A DNA stretch of 62,748 nucleotides, filler included, from Stramenopiles sp. TOSAG23-3 (taxonomy: Eukaryota): the NCBI GenBank assembly GCA_900128585.1. It is 5 parts of 5 records of this genome, joined end to end, with 100 filler letters (N's around TTAATTAATTAA, not from the genome) between each part and the next. Parts side by side here need not be neighbours in the genome. Positions count along the whole stretch, not along the records: positions 39,177 to 58,597 come from LT642401.1; 4 more parts are not named here. One strand, written 5' to 3'. Positions 46,601-57,342 of the stretch are shown in pieces (position 1 is the first letter of the stretch; each line of letters starts with the position of its first letter). The translations under genes and the position numbers were made by a program. A model generated the notes under the pieces. It was not told where the DNA came from. It saw only the letters and a list, made by a program, of their open reading frames with translations, and searched no databases.

Positions 46601-47067
46601 GGAGATCTAAATTTTCTTTTTCTTTCTTTCTTTCTTCCTTCTTTTCTTTTCTTCTTTTTCTGTAAGCTTATCTATAGAAGAAAAGAAGAAGAAGAAGAAG
46701 AGGAGAAGAAGAAATTATTATATATATTTATTATTATTACTACTGTAGTATTATTTTATTTTATAAAAACAATTTAAAGAAGTGACTGACGACGGTGGTG
46801 GTTAGGTAAGAAGAAAGTGTATGAGTGTGTGAGAAAAAAAAGAGAGAGGGATTAAGTGTGTCTGTATGTGTGTGAAAAAGATTGTTCAACCCTTTGTTCA
46901 ACCCTTTGTTCAACCATTTGTTCAACCCTTTGGTTTCATTGTTTTCTTATTTACTTACATTCTAGGTGGACACTGATACATATACACACAACAACTTATA
47001 TATATACCAACCTATCCACTTCCATACACCCACACACCCACACGTACGTACAGACAGACAGACAGGC

Positions 47068-50000
47068 ATGGCGAGAACAAGACAACCGAGCTGGAGGAGG
47101 AGTTCCCGGCACGACAGGACAGCGGTTCGCGGGGAATCCTCCGCTTCCTCTTCCACCGCCGCTTCAGCCTCCACCACCACCACCACCACCACCACCTCCA
47201 CCTCCTCCTCCTCGAGGCGGTCCCGGAGGCGCGGGAAGAGCAACGAGGAGGAGGACGCAAAGGCCGCGGCGGAGGCCACGGAAGACGTGGACTGGGGCAT
47301 GGAGTACTACGCCAAGCTCCTGAAGAGCGGCGCCGAGGTGTACGTTCGGGACACCCCCACTGTGAGGTGCAGAGAGGAAACGAGGCCGTTCGTGCAGAAG
47401 AAGGGTACCGTCCGGCACGCCCAAGGGAAGCAGGGGGCCAGCACCTTCTACACGGTAGAAATGGACGGGACGAAGGACAAGATCGTCGTCCTCGGGAACT
47501 CCATCATCCCGCTCGACATTTCGAATACCCCGAAAAGCTTTGTCCCGGACAGCCTCGTGGAAACGCGGAAGAAGAGCGGGCGGAAGAAGAAAGAGAAGCG
47601 GGCCTCCCTGACCTCCTTTCCCGTCGGGGAGTGGGTAGGGAAGCAGGTCGTGTTCACCGAAGGCCGGTACATTGGCGAAAGCGCCTGGGTCCTGGGCCAC
47701 GGGAGCGGCCTGGCCCACCTGATCATGGGGGATGACGACGACAAACGGTCGAACCCGCAGATCATCTCCCGGGTCCCGAGCCAGCTCATCGTCGAGCCAG
47801 AGGACGACAATGACGCGATCGAGCCGTTCGAACCGGCCCAATTCATGGGGAAAACCGGCACCGTCACGGACGGGTACGGGGAGGGCCTGAAAGGCTTTGT
47901 GGCGGGGCACGGGAACGGGTACCTGCTGATCCAGCTCACGGGGGCAAAGAAGTACCCGCTGCTGAAGGTAATCTCGCAGTTCTCCCTGGACGGGGGCGAC
48001 GAGGGCGGAAGGAATCGGGCGGCGGCGGCAAGCGGCCCTGCGGCCGACGGCGGGGCGAAGGGGGAAAAAAGAAAGCGAGGGGCGGAGGACAAGGCCGAGG
48101 ACGGCGCCGCCGCCGGGGGCAAAAAGGCGAAAGTCGACGCCGGGGGCGCCGCCGGGGCGCCGGGCAAGACGGCCAAGGGGAAGAAGAAGAAAGGGAAGAA
48201 GTCCTCGAATGACGAGGACGACGACGAGGACGACGACGAGGACGACGAGGACGATGATAGCAGCGAGGACGACGACGAGGAGGACAGCAGCGAGGAGGAG
48301 GAGGACGACGACTCGGAGGATGACAGCTCGTCGGAGGAGGAGTCCTCGTCCGACGAGGACTCCCCGGAGAAGCCCGCGAAAGGCAAACCTTCCCTCCGGG
48401 CCCGAAGGCGGACGCCCGGTGCCGCGGGGGACGGCGCGAGGAAGAGGCCCAATCCGCCGGGTCGGCCGGGGCGAAAGCCCAAGGCGTCCGCCGACAAGCC
48501 TGGAACGGAAAAGCAGCCCGCGCCCATCAAGGCAAAGACAGCCCGCGGCCGCGCCGCCAAAGAGCTTTCCACGGACGGGAACGGCTCCCCGCTCAGCCCC
48601 GAGCGCCGGAAGGAGATGGAGCGGATCGCCAAGCGCGAGAAGGAGAAGATGAAAGCGAAGGAGAAAGTGCTGAAGGAGCAGGCGGTCAAGCGGAGCTCCC
48701 GGTCCACCAAGGGCCAGCGTTACGACCAGCGCACGTACCGCCAGGGATCGCACGCCCCGGTCGTCCCGTTGACGGACCGCGACCGGGAGGACGCCGAGGC
48801 CGCCGCGCAGTTCTCGGCCCACGTTTCCCTGTACCACGACCGGGTGAGGAAGTACATGGAACGCGAAATTGAAAAGCAAAAGATATGCGGGCGGACGGAC
48901 ATCACGGACGCGCTGATGCGCTTGGAGCGCGAGTGGGCATGGGACGACGGTGACAGCGAGGACGACAGCTCCCCCACGTACGAGTGGGAGCACGAGCGCA
49001 CGTCCTCCATTTTCAACCTGGTGTCGGAGACCTTGTGCCCCGCGTGCAAGCAGCCGTTGAGCAGCGCCCAAGCCTCGTGCTGGAACGTGGCCTGCGTCCG
49101 GTGCCCCGTTTACTGCGACATCAAGGACCTGAACGCGGACGAGATCAAGCGCCTGCACGACGAGGCGAGGCGGCTTAGCATGTTCGAGACCGTCGCACCG
49201 GTGGCGTTCGTGGGCACCCCCGCATCGCTGCGACAGACCGACGACGAGTTTCAGCCGCTCCCGGCCCTGAGGGAGCTGCCCCAGCCCAAAGAGCCGGAAA
49301 CGGAAGATCCAAACAAACGTGCCTCGCGCAGCACGGCTCCGAAGGAGGTAGAAGAAGAGCCACAGCTGACGTGGCGCCAAAAGCTGAACCACATGAGCAA
49401 CATAGACTCTATCACCAGGCCCGTGTCATCGTACATTGAAATGATGAATTACGACGACGTCCGCGGGAGGCCCCGCTTCTACAATGCGGTGACGGGGTTC
49501 CAGAGCACGAAAGACGACGAGGGCATCACCCCCGCCGAGTACGAGCGCAGGCTGTACATGCCGGAGCTGCAGCGGCAAATGGCCTACGCTAAGGGGGCGC
49601 TGGAGCCTGTCGAGGAGGTCGACGACTCGTACGTAATCACCCAGTTCGAGACCGCAGCGAAGGACCCCTCGGGAAAGACCCCGCAGTTTATTAGAATAAA
49701 GCCACGGCCGAGGCTTCACCCGCTGGACGATTTGCGACGGCGCGTAGCGGAAGAAGAAGCCGAGGAGAAACGCCACAAGTACGAGGAAGAAGAGCGGAAG
49801 ATCGAGGAGGCCGCGTGGAGGGAAAAAAAAACCCGAGCGGCCGCGCGACTGAACGCCCCCCCTGCTGCGGCCCCAAGCGCAGACGCCCCCACCCCAAACG
49901 GTACCGTGGCGGAACCGGGGGCAGCGGTCGCCGTAGACAACAGTAGGAAAACTGCCTTAGAGGAATTAGGAAACCCAATGGAAATAGATGCGCCGGCTGT

Positions 50001-50103
50001 CGGCCAACCCCCTCTCCCCCCTGCCGCTGCTCCTGCCGCGCCTGTAGTACCTCCTTCTGAAAATGCAAATCCCGTACCTGCTGCGCCTCCTCAGCAGTCA
50101 TAA
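47068..50103 (+). CDS. Large putative nuclear protein: KOW/SH3-like repeats, acidic tract, Cys-rich zinc finger
   Basis: First ATG at 47068 (MARTRQ). Two G..G...V.GHG.G units, a D/E/S tract, basic NLS clusters, and CPACK...CWNVACVRCPVYC. Confidence 0.75.
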   Translation: MARTRQPSWRRSSRHDRTAVRGESSASSSTAASASTTTTTTTTSTSSSSRRSRRRGKSNEEEDAKAAAEATEDVDWGMEYYAKLLKSGAEVYVRDTPTVRCREETRPFVQKKGTVRHAQGKQGASTFYTVEMDGTKDKIVVLGNSIIPLDISNTPKSFVPDSLVETRKKSGRKKKEKRASLTSFPVGEWVGKQVVFTEGRYIGESAWVLGHGSGLAHLIMGDDDDKRSNPQIISRVPSQLIVEPEDDNDAIEPFEPAQFMGKTGTVTDGYGEGLKGFVAGHGNGYLLIQLTGAKKYPLLKVISQFSLDGGDEGGRNRAAAASGPAADGGAKGEKRKRGAEDKAEDGAAAGGKKAKVDAGGAAGAPGKTAKGKKKKGKKSSNDEDDDEDDDEDDEDDDSSEDDDEEDSSEEEEDDDSEDDSSSEEESSSDEDSPEKPAKGKPSLRARRRTPGAAGDGARKRPNPPGRPGRKPKASADKPGTEKQPAPIKAKTARGRAAKELSTDGNGSPLSPERRKEMERIAKREKEKMKAKEKVLKEQAVKRSSRSTKGQRYDQRTYRQGSHAPVVPLTDRDREDAEAAAQFSAHVSLYHDRVRKYMEREIEKQKICGRTDITDALMRLEREWAWDDGDSEDDSSPTYEWEHERTSSIFNLVSETLCPACKQPLSSAQASCWNVACVRCPVYCDIKDLNADEIKRLHDEARRLSMFETVAPVAFVGTPASLRQTDDEFQPLPALRELPQPKEPETEDPNKRASRSTAPKEVEEEPQLTWRQKLNHMSNIDSITRPVSSYIEMMNYDDVRGRPRFYNAVTGFQSTKDDEGITPAEYERRLYMPELQRQMAYAKGALEPVEEVDDSYVITQFETAAKDPSGKTPQFIRIKPRPRLHPLDDLRRRVAEEEAEEKRHKYEEEERKIEEAAWREKKTRAAARLNAPPAAAPSADAPTPNGTVAEPGAAVAVDNSRKTALEELGNPMEIDAPAVGQPPLPPAAAPAAPVVPPSENANPVPAAPPQQS

Positions 50104-50289
50104 TATTTACCAATCTTTTTAGTAGTGTCTATCTAACTTATTACTATTGGGCATACAATTATTAATTACCAAAACTGTCCTAAACGGGGTTGGAGGAGAA
50201 AGGGATTACCATTAGGGTGGCTAGGCCTCCCCGAATGAAGCTAACAACAATTACATGTACACACACAATCTATAAAAATAAATCATTTA

Positions 50290-50337
50290 AAATAACAGCC
50301 AATTTTCTTGTTTTAATAACAGCCAATTTTCTTGTTT
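50290..50337 (+). repeat. Tandem pair of repeat module A
   Basis: AATAACAGCCAATTTTCTTGTTT twice; the same motif occurs at 2290-2312. Confidence 0.8.
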
Positions 50338-50989
50338 AAAAAATGAGAGTCCTACTATATATAATTTGTTTAATTATCATAAAAATAAATCATTTAAAAC
50401 CATCTTCTCCTCTCTCCTATACTTTTTTTTAGGTTTATAGATAGATATTTTATTAACATAGCTATATCATAGTACTCGTCTTCTCGTATTATAGGATTAA
50501 TACTTCTTTTTATTTATTATTATACACCTTCTTGGATGGTGGCTTATAATAAAGCTATAATAATGTACAGCAAGTCATCGTCACGTATTTTATTTAATCG
50601 ACGAGGATGATTGAATAATCACACTTATTGGACTTATCCAATCCAATCCAATCCAATCTTTCTTTTATAAAAAGGCGGCAAACGAAGAATAAGAATAATA
50701 GATTGATCAGAGAGTGTAATAAAAGAGAGAGAGAGTTTATCTTATTGTACATTATTAGCTATTATATATATATAATATTGTATACTAAAATTATGATATC
50801 CCCTATGAATATTTGAAATCCATTCTCATTATATACGAGGAGTAGTGTACAGTGTAGAAGCTGTGGACATTTTGGGCAGCAAGAGGTATAATAACACACA
50901 ATGAAGAAAAAATAATAATAATAATAATAAAAAAAAAAAAAGGAAAAAAAGTAGTCTTCTTTCTTCTTCTTCTTTCTTCTTCTTCTTCT

Positions 50990-51071
50990 TCTTCTTCTAC
51001 TAATATTTTTTTATGTCTACGCCGGTACGTACGGGTACCGTACAGGTACGTACCGTTGTTAAATGATCAAA
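50990..51071 (+). repeat. Left arm of 82-bp perfect inverted repeat (GTAC-rich)
   Basis: Exact reverse complement of 56989-57070. Confidence 0.95.
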
Positions 51072-51287
51072 TAAATCATATAAAGAAGAAGATGGGTATA
51101 TCTATCTGTATCTGTACACGGACGGTGTATGGTAACCACGGTGGTTTCAATGCATTTAATTCACTTTTAAATTTGGTTTAGGATATAAAGAGACTTAGTT
51201 TTGAAATCGTTGATTGTTCAAATATCTAGGTCTGGTCTATCGCCGACAAGTGTTATACCGTAGCCAGTACCTACTGTGGTGGAAGAT

Positions 51288-53225
51288 ATGGGGGTAGACG
51301 GTTTGTTGAAAGCGTTGCAGCCTATTGCAGCAAAACAAACGCACGTCAGGGGTTACAAAGGGAAACGTGTAGCGATAGACGGGTATACATGGCTTCACAA
51401 AGCCTCGTACGGTTGTGCGGCGGACGTGGTGCTGAAGACGTCTTTTTCAAAGAATAGGTGGGGGAGGTACCCTTCCTTTGTAGAGTATTGTTTGCACCGA
51501 CTGCGCCTGCTGAAACACTTTGGTGCACATCCAGTTATGATTTTTGACGGAGGGAAACTCGTTGCGAAACGGGACGTTGAGGGAAAGCGTGATGACAAGA
51601 GGTCAGCAGAGGAAGAGAAGGGCAAACGTCTCATCAACGAAGCGCGGAGGTACGGCAAGGATTCTGGGAAACGGAAGAGTCTGTACAACGAGGCCAGAAA
51701 CCATTTTCAGCACGCTGTCCGGGTCACCCCGGCAGTGATGGCGATAACCCTGGAGGCCTTGAGAGAGAACAATTTCGAGTTTATTATTGCCCCCTACGAG
51801 GCGGATGCCCAGTTGGCCTTCGAGCTGAAAAGCAGGAAGAATTGCGATGTCATTATATCTGAAGACAGCGACTGCATTGTTTATTCCTTGGCCGCCGGCA
51901 TAACGTCCGGGAAAATTCTCTTCAAGATGGACAAATATGGAAACGGGGTCGAAATTGACCTTGGGACGCTGTTTCAACGGACGACCGTGAGCCTGCCCCA
52001 ACCCCAAAACACAAAAGGCAAGGGGAAGAAGAAAAAGGGGGACTTCTTCACCCAAAATTTGCACTTGATGACCCCTGAAATGTTCTTGCAAATGTCGGTA
52101 ATGGCCGGCTGCGACTACGCGGACAGCATCAAAGGAATCGGGATCAAAAAGGCCCAAGTCCTGGTTCTAAAGTTCGCAAAATCCAAGGACGAAGATCGGA
52201 TCGCGGACATATTGAATCACATAGAAAAGAACGACAAGAAGAAGGTGATCACGGCCGGTTATGAAGATGTGGTGAACAATGCAATCCTAACTTTTAAGCA
52301 CCACTGGGTTTGTGATAGAAAAAATATGCTCATGGTAAACCTGAACCCGGTCTCAAACCCGGGCCAGCTGGAACATGTTATCGGAAAGAAATTCTCCGAG
52401 GATATCTTTTCGTCAATAGCACGGGGCTACATTCATCCCCGGACTTTGAAACCGTACCCTTCGGGCCCGGGCGGTGGTGGGGCAGAGAGGGGTCTACGGT
52501 TTGGAAAATCTTCTGCGGCGAAAAGTAATCGCGCAGGGGGTTCAGGCAGCTCCTTCAATTTAAAACGAATGTTTGCCAGGCAGCCTACCGTGCCTGCCGC
52601 CAAAAAGACTACTGCAAGGGAAAGTCGTAATGCGCACGAGGCCTCCGTCTCCCCGTCAACAAGTGGTAACGCCAAGTCGTTGGTGGATTCACCGTCGCAG
52701 GCAACAACCACATCTCGCCCCGCCAAAGGAAACACTCAAGGGGGTCAAGGATTTGCAATAGATGGCCTAGTATATCTCCTTGCCCCATCGCCGAGAGGCA
52801 AAGACGACGTGGAGGGTGTTCCCACCTTGTCGACCCCTGCAACGCTCACTGTAGCAGGGGTGCTCACGCCTTCTGCTCGACCAGGAAGTATGAACCAACT
52901 TCCCGTGCTGACCCAGCCAACCATGCGAAAAATTTCGAAAGAAAAAATCTCTGCGGCACAAGGAAAGGCCATTGGTGGGTCGTTTAACACGTCTATAAAC
53001 CAAACGGCACATGAAGTTAAAAACAGTATCGGAGGTTCGAAACTTAACCCGTTCAAAAAGCAACTCCCAGCTGCTAGAAAACGGAAATCGATCATGCAGG
53101 ACCGTGGTGGTGGTTTAAAAAAACAGAGAAACGGAAGACAGCGAAAAAACGGGTCGGGCAAGAGCAAACACCACACTGGTGGGGCAAAATTTGCTTCCAT
53201 AACGTCTTTCTTTGCCAAGAAGTAA
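51288..53225 (+). CDS. EXO1: Exonuclease 1 (XPG/Rad2 family)
   Basis: MGVDGLL, IDGYTWLHK, IFDGG, APYEADAQLA, SEDSD and GCDY...GIGIKKA motifs; disordered tail ending in a PIP-like ITSFF. Confidence 0.93.
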   Translation: MGVDGLLKALQPIAAKQTHVRGYKGKRVAIDGYTWLHKASYGCAADVVLKTSFSKNRWGRYPSFVEYCLHRLRLLKHFGAHPVMIFDGGKLVAKRDVEGKRDDKRSAEEEKGKRLINEARRYGKDSGKRKSLYNEARNHFQHAVRVTPAVMAITLEALRENNFEFIIAPYEADAQLAFELKSRKNCDVIISEDSDCIVYSLAAGITSGKILFKMDKYGNGVEIDLGTLFQRTTVSLPQPQNTKGKGKKKKGDFFTQNLHLMTPEMFLQMSVMAGCDYADSIKGIGIKKAQVLVLKFAKSKDEDRIADILNHIEKNDKKKVITAGYEDVVNNAILTFKHHWVCDRKNMLMVNLNPVSNPGQLEHVIGKKFSEDIFSSIARGYIHPRTLKPYPSGPGGGGAERGLRFGKSSAAKSNRAGGSGSSFNLKRMFARQPTVPAAKKTTARESRNAHEASVSPSTSGNAKSLVDSPSQATTTSRPAKGNTQGGQGFAIDGLVYLLAPSPRGKDDVEGVPTLSTPATLTVAGVLTPSARPGSMNQLPVLTQPTMRKISKEKISAAQGKAIGGSFNTSINQTAHEVKNSIGGSKLNPFKKQLPAARKRKSIMQDRGGGLKKQRNGRQRKNGSGKSKHHTGGAKFASITSFFAKK

Positions 53226-53670
53226 AAGTTAAAAACATTGCATGCGTGCGCGTTCATTTTCCCCCTCTAAAATAGTAGAGAGACACTTATATTTCGGTGC
53301 ATGTGCGTGGTACCTACCGTATTACCTACCAGGCAGGATGGGTAACTTACATGATCTTCTTTCTATCCTACTATATTTTTTATTTTTTTTTCATTTTACT
53401 TTTTTTACTACACAGTAGTAAGAAGTTCCGGTATTAATATTTAAAAGGTAGGAGGAGGAGGACACCGTATTTTTTTTATTATAAAAAATAAATAGTTGTT
53501 TTATTTATTACAACAATTTCAAAAAAAATACCAAGGTAGAAGACTTTACAAAATATGCAAGGTAATTGTTGTCATGGATGTTGACATTTTTAGTTCATAT
53601 TATCAACTTTCGCCAGATGATATCAGACTGGTCGCCATCAAAAAGGAGATAGCTTTTTGCTTTGCAAAAC

Positions 53671-55572
53671 ATGTTTGGGCGCATTTGCCCTGCGGTTTCC
53701 TGTTTGTACATTGCTTTGCTGGTACAGGTACCTTTTGGGTCTCCCCTGCGCGGTGGAATTGAGGGTGGTGCCCCAAACCTTAAGATTCTGTCTCCCCCTT
53801 TGTATTCGTTCGTCAGTTTGTCCGGAAAACAGATTGACGGAAACGTAGGAACCGAGATAAAAATAAAATACTTGATCAAGAACTTTCTCGTCCCAACCGA
53901 GGGTGTCATTTGTATCACACCGGACTCTCTCGATCACTCCAGTTCGTCCAGCATTTTTGTCGACGATGAACAGGTCGCAAAAAGTGGGATTGTCCGCTTG
54001 TCAAATGTGCAGGCGGGCACGCATATGATCCGTTTTGACATGCTTGCCCACGTTATCACAAACAAAGGAAAAACAGGGTACCAGTCACTGGGGCACGCGT
54101 TTGCGATTTTTGAAGTGATACCCAGCGCCGTTCCTCGTTTTTACCCACCCGTGCCCCGCCTTTCACTTCCCATCTCGCCAGGTGAAGAGTGCACAGGCGC
54201 GAATTTCATTCAACAGGAGATCCGGGAAAACGACCAAATGTCAAACTGGTTTCGGAGCCTGCCATCGTTTTCTTGCATGCGGGTGCTATGGAGGAACCAG
54301 AACCCGAAGAAAAAGATAAAGATTGCGTACGTCGGCACTTTCTCGCTTGACGGGCAGAAAACGATATGGATCGAGCAGTGGAAGAAACTGCCCAAGGACT
54401 TGTTTGAAATTACATACTACTGTTTTGCACAGCAGAAGGATACACCGGCGCCTATGTTGCCTATATTAGACGAGCTGGGTATAAACGTCATCATTACGGA
54501 GTTGTACTCTATATCCAGGAATACTTACAACAGCGAACAGTTCCCCCAGAACTTGCTTGCACTCCTAAACGAGGTGTTTGAACGTGCGATGCAGGCGGCA
54601 CCGGGGGACGCTACGGAAGAGGACCGGAGGGATGTGCTGCGTGCTACAATGAGCCAACACTCTCAGGAGGGCGTGCGGCTGTTTCACAGCATTTTCATTA
54701 GTAACCTAGAGGGGAACGACCTGCTGATCTTCGCCAACTCCCGCACAACGAATGATCTGCTGCTAATAGAAGCTGCCAGAATGGCCAATGTCCCGGCTAG
54801 AATAATGGACCTCCCAAATTTGTATCCTGTAGTAAGACATGACCAAGCGATCACAGCGTTTGTTGCACCGTCATATTTTGTCAAGGGCCATTTCAGCACC
54901 AAGCATCTTAATGGTCCATGCATTGTCATCAACCCAGGTGTACCAACCACCCTTCCCGCGGGGCGAAAGAGATCGAATTTAGGAGACGACACGTTGACAG
55001 CGAACGTGGGCTTTATTGGTAGAATGCAGCCTGAAAAATCCCCAGGGATATTTTTGTACGCCGCCAAAATCCTGAACAGACGTTTGAAAAGGCAGGGCCT
55101 GGGAAGAGCGAGATTCTTTATGATTGGTGACGGGGAGCTCCGGAAGGGGATGGAGATTATTGCGCGGGACATTGGTCTAGGGCAAGATGAGGTAACATTT
55201 TTGGGTTGGGTCGATCATGATAGGATGTCAGAAGTTTTGGATAGCCTTGATGTTGTAGTTCAGACGTCTCTGCGCGACTCTGAAACTTTCGGTATTTCAA
55301 ATATTGAAGCAATGGGTCGTGGTATTCCCGTAATATCATTTGGTATAGGCGGCAGTTTAGAGTACAGCTTAAATGGAACGACCGGGTACGTGGTAGACAA
55401 ACCAGCGCCGTCCGATGTGGCGGTTTCTTTGCAACGACTCCTCACGGATGCTAATTTGTACGAAAAAATGAGTGAAGCGTCAGTAAATTTGGTAAAATCT
55501 CGTTTTCTAATGGACCACATGGTGGAAAAGTACATGCAGTTGTATATCGGCTTATTGCTAAATGTACACTGA
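53671..55572 (+). CDS. Glycosyltransferase family 4 (GT-B) with signal anchor
   Basis: GFIGRMQPEKSP, IGDGE and ETFGISNIEAMGRG.PV motifs. Confidence 0.88.
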   Translation: MFGRICPAVSCLYIALLVQVPFGSPLRGGIEGGAPNLKILSPPLYSFVSLSGKQIDGNVGTEIKIKYLIKNFLVPTEGVICITPDSLDHSSSSSIFVDDEQVAKSGIVRLSNVQAGTHMIRFDMLAHVITNKGKTGYQSLGHAFAIFEVIPSAVPRFYPPVPRLSLPISPGEECTGANFIQQEIRENDQMSNWFRSLPSFSCMRVLWRNQNPKKKIKIAYVGTFSLDGQKTIWIEQWKKLPKDLFEITYYCFAQQKDTPAPMLPILDELGINVIITELYSISRNTYNSEQFPQNLLALLNEVFERAMQAAPGDATEEDRRDVLRATMSQHSQEGVRLFHSIFISNLEGNDLLIFANSRTTNDLLLIEAARMANVPARIMDLPNLYPVVRHDQAITAFVAPSYFVKGHFSTKHLNGPCIVINPGVPTTLPAGRKRSNLGDDTLTANVGFIGRMQPEKSPGIFLYAAKILNRRLKRQGLGRARFFMIGDGELRKGMEIIARDIGLGQDEVTFLGWVDHDRMSEVLDSLDVVVQTSLRDSETFGISNIEAMGRGIPVISFGIGGSLEYSLNGTTGYVVDKPAPSDVAVSLQRLLTDANLYEKMSEASVNLVKSRFLMDHMVEKYMQLYIGLLLNVH

Positions 55573-55697
55573 GTTTTTGTTGCAATATAGTCTGAGGAAA
55601 AGAGTCGCCGTGCTTTCATTTTGTTATTTGTCCAGTCTCTTCTCCGATCACTAAAAAGTAAAGTGTTGACTGACCATTATTTTTCGACGTATAATTG

Positions 55698-56474
55698 TTA
55701 GCGTTTCCGTCCAAACCCCCTGGTCTTTTGTACTGATACGGTTTCCCCATCGATGCTCCATTTCACCGTTTTTTTAGAAGTATTTTTCTTCTTCCTTTTC
55801 TCTGCTGTCAACTCTGCCAACGACATCGAAGAGGTTCTTCTCTTCCTACTACTACTACTCGACGATCCAGAGGAACGATTTTTCATCCCCGATTTTGAGA
55901 GCATTGCCGTGTTTGCCCTTACAATTTTTATCTTCTCAAGCTGAAGTTCCTTTTGAACGTGCTCCAATTCGTGCCGAAGCTTAGCCGCGTACTTCTGGTC
56001 GAGCAGGCCGTCGTTTACCCGATTTTGAAGTTCTGCATTCCTCTTCTTGGCGTCAAGGTACTTTTTCTTATAAAGGTTGCACCCCGTATCTTTAACTTCG
56101 AGATCATTACGCAAAACTTCTATTTTTTTTGACAACTCTTGTATTTCTTTTGCGTGTGCGGCTGTTGTTTCGTGAAGCTGATCGTTCGCGGCCTTTAGAG
56201 CAGCGCATTTTGTTTTTAGTTCTTGGCCTAAGCGGACTGCTTCCGCAAATGTTTCATCCCGAATCAATTTACGACACACTTCGTCCTTCAACGCTACCAA
56301 AGCACGATCCGTCGATACCCTACTTTTATCGAAGAGAGGCGGAGATGACGTGTCCTGCTTTCTATCATTTCGCAACTCAATATGGGCATTGTACAACCGG
56401 AACAAAAACGCCTCATGATCGCTCAATTTTTGTTCAATGGAAAGATCCGAACCGAAATACTCTGACTGTGGCAT
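55698..56474 (-). CDS. Hypothetical coiled-coil protein with basic C-terminus
   Basis: Heptad-rich ORF; first ATG at 56474. KTVKW resembles a PP1-docking RVxW motif. Confidence 0.65.
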   Translation of the reverse strand: MPQSEYFGSDLSIEQKLSDHEAFLFRLYNAHIELRNDRKQDTSSPPLFDKSRVSTDRALVALKDEVCRKLIRDETFAEAVRLGQELKTKCAALKAANDQLHETTAAHAKEIQELSKKIEVLRNDLEVKDTGCNLYKKKYLDAKKRNAELQNRVNDGLLDQKYAAKLRHELEHVQKELQLEKIKIVRANTAMLSKSGMKNRSSGSSSSSSRKRRTSSMSLAELTAEKRKKKNTSKKTVKWSIDGETVSVQKTRGFGRKR

Positions 56475-56988
56475 TGTGGCTGATCCGTGTCGTTGATGCA
56501 ACTCGTTGAAAGGTGTAGTGGAATTAAAATTCTTTTTTCCGGGGGATAGAAATACACCAATGTCTTCTGCCGTTTAAAAATCTTAGTTTGATAATTTTTT
56601 TACAATTTCTTCCGAATTTTCCTGATGAAAGCATTTCTTTGATTTGTTTTCTATTTATTGTTTTTTTATAGAAAACTCCTGAAGAACTTCTTCGCTGCTG
56701 CTCGTGACTCGTGAAACACATTTGAGTTAGTAGGATAGGGTGTGCTTCTCTCTTCTTCTTCTTCTTCTTCTTCTTCTTCTTTCTTATAATAATTTCCGTC
56801 CTTTTTTTTCTTCTTCTTCTTTCTTCTCTTTCTTCATTGTTGTTGTTGTTGTATTTTAATATTAGGGTTAAAATAAATAATCTTCTTTTCTTCTTTCTCT
56901 TAATTTGAATTCCAATACACCTACCTACCAGGTCCTCGTATAATACCAGGTTCCTGTACCTGGTACACCGGTGTATGAAAACAGGTAT

Positions 56989-57070
56989 TTTGATCATTTA
57001 ACAACGGTACGTACCTGTACGGTACCCGTACGTACCGGCGTAGACATAAAAAAATATTAGTAGAAGAAGA
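56989..57070 (-). repeat. Right arm of 82-bp perfect inverted repeat
   Basis: Exact reverse complement of 50990-51071. Confidence 0.95.
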
Positions 57071-57342
57071 CCCTCTCGAAGAATTTTACTCATCATCATA
57101 TCACATATTATCAATCTCACATTATCATCAAGACCCAACCAAAAACAAAGTTTTAAAATAGGCCTTCCTGAAGGTGCTCAAACTGGTATACACGTATAAA
57201 ATGAACTGATCATATACAATAGCGATACTACGTATTTTGATTTTCTGGAAAGGTTGATATTCTCACCCCTTTAAAATATTTGTAGACCCGTTTATTGGGG
57301 GTGTTTAATTTAAACTCGCACTCCAACTGCAGTCGCAAACGC

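Noticed and set aside
46301..46777. K/E/R-rich 158-aa ORF (also 30484-30777 and 56524-56997)
   Set aside because: Translations of microsatellites.
46881..46932. 12-nt tandem repeat (TGTTCAACCCTT)x4; also a 24-nt duplication near 30848-30901
   Set aside because: Consistent with ordinary slippage; no evidence of function.
47164..49392. 742-aa and 420-aa minus-strand ORFs (similarly 42217-43455 and 61531-62550)
   Set aside because: Stop-poor shadows of high-GC3 genes on the opposite strand, with no motifs.
51023..51055. GTAC cluster as a copper-response element
   Set aside because: GTAC CuREs depend on green-lineage SBP factors, and the adjacent genes are unrelated to copper.
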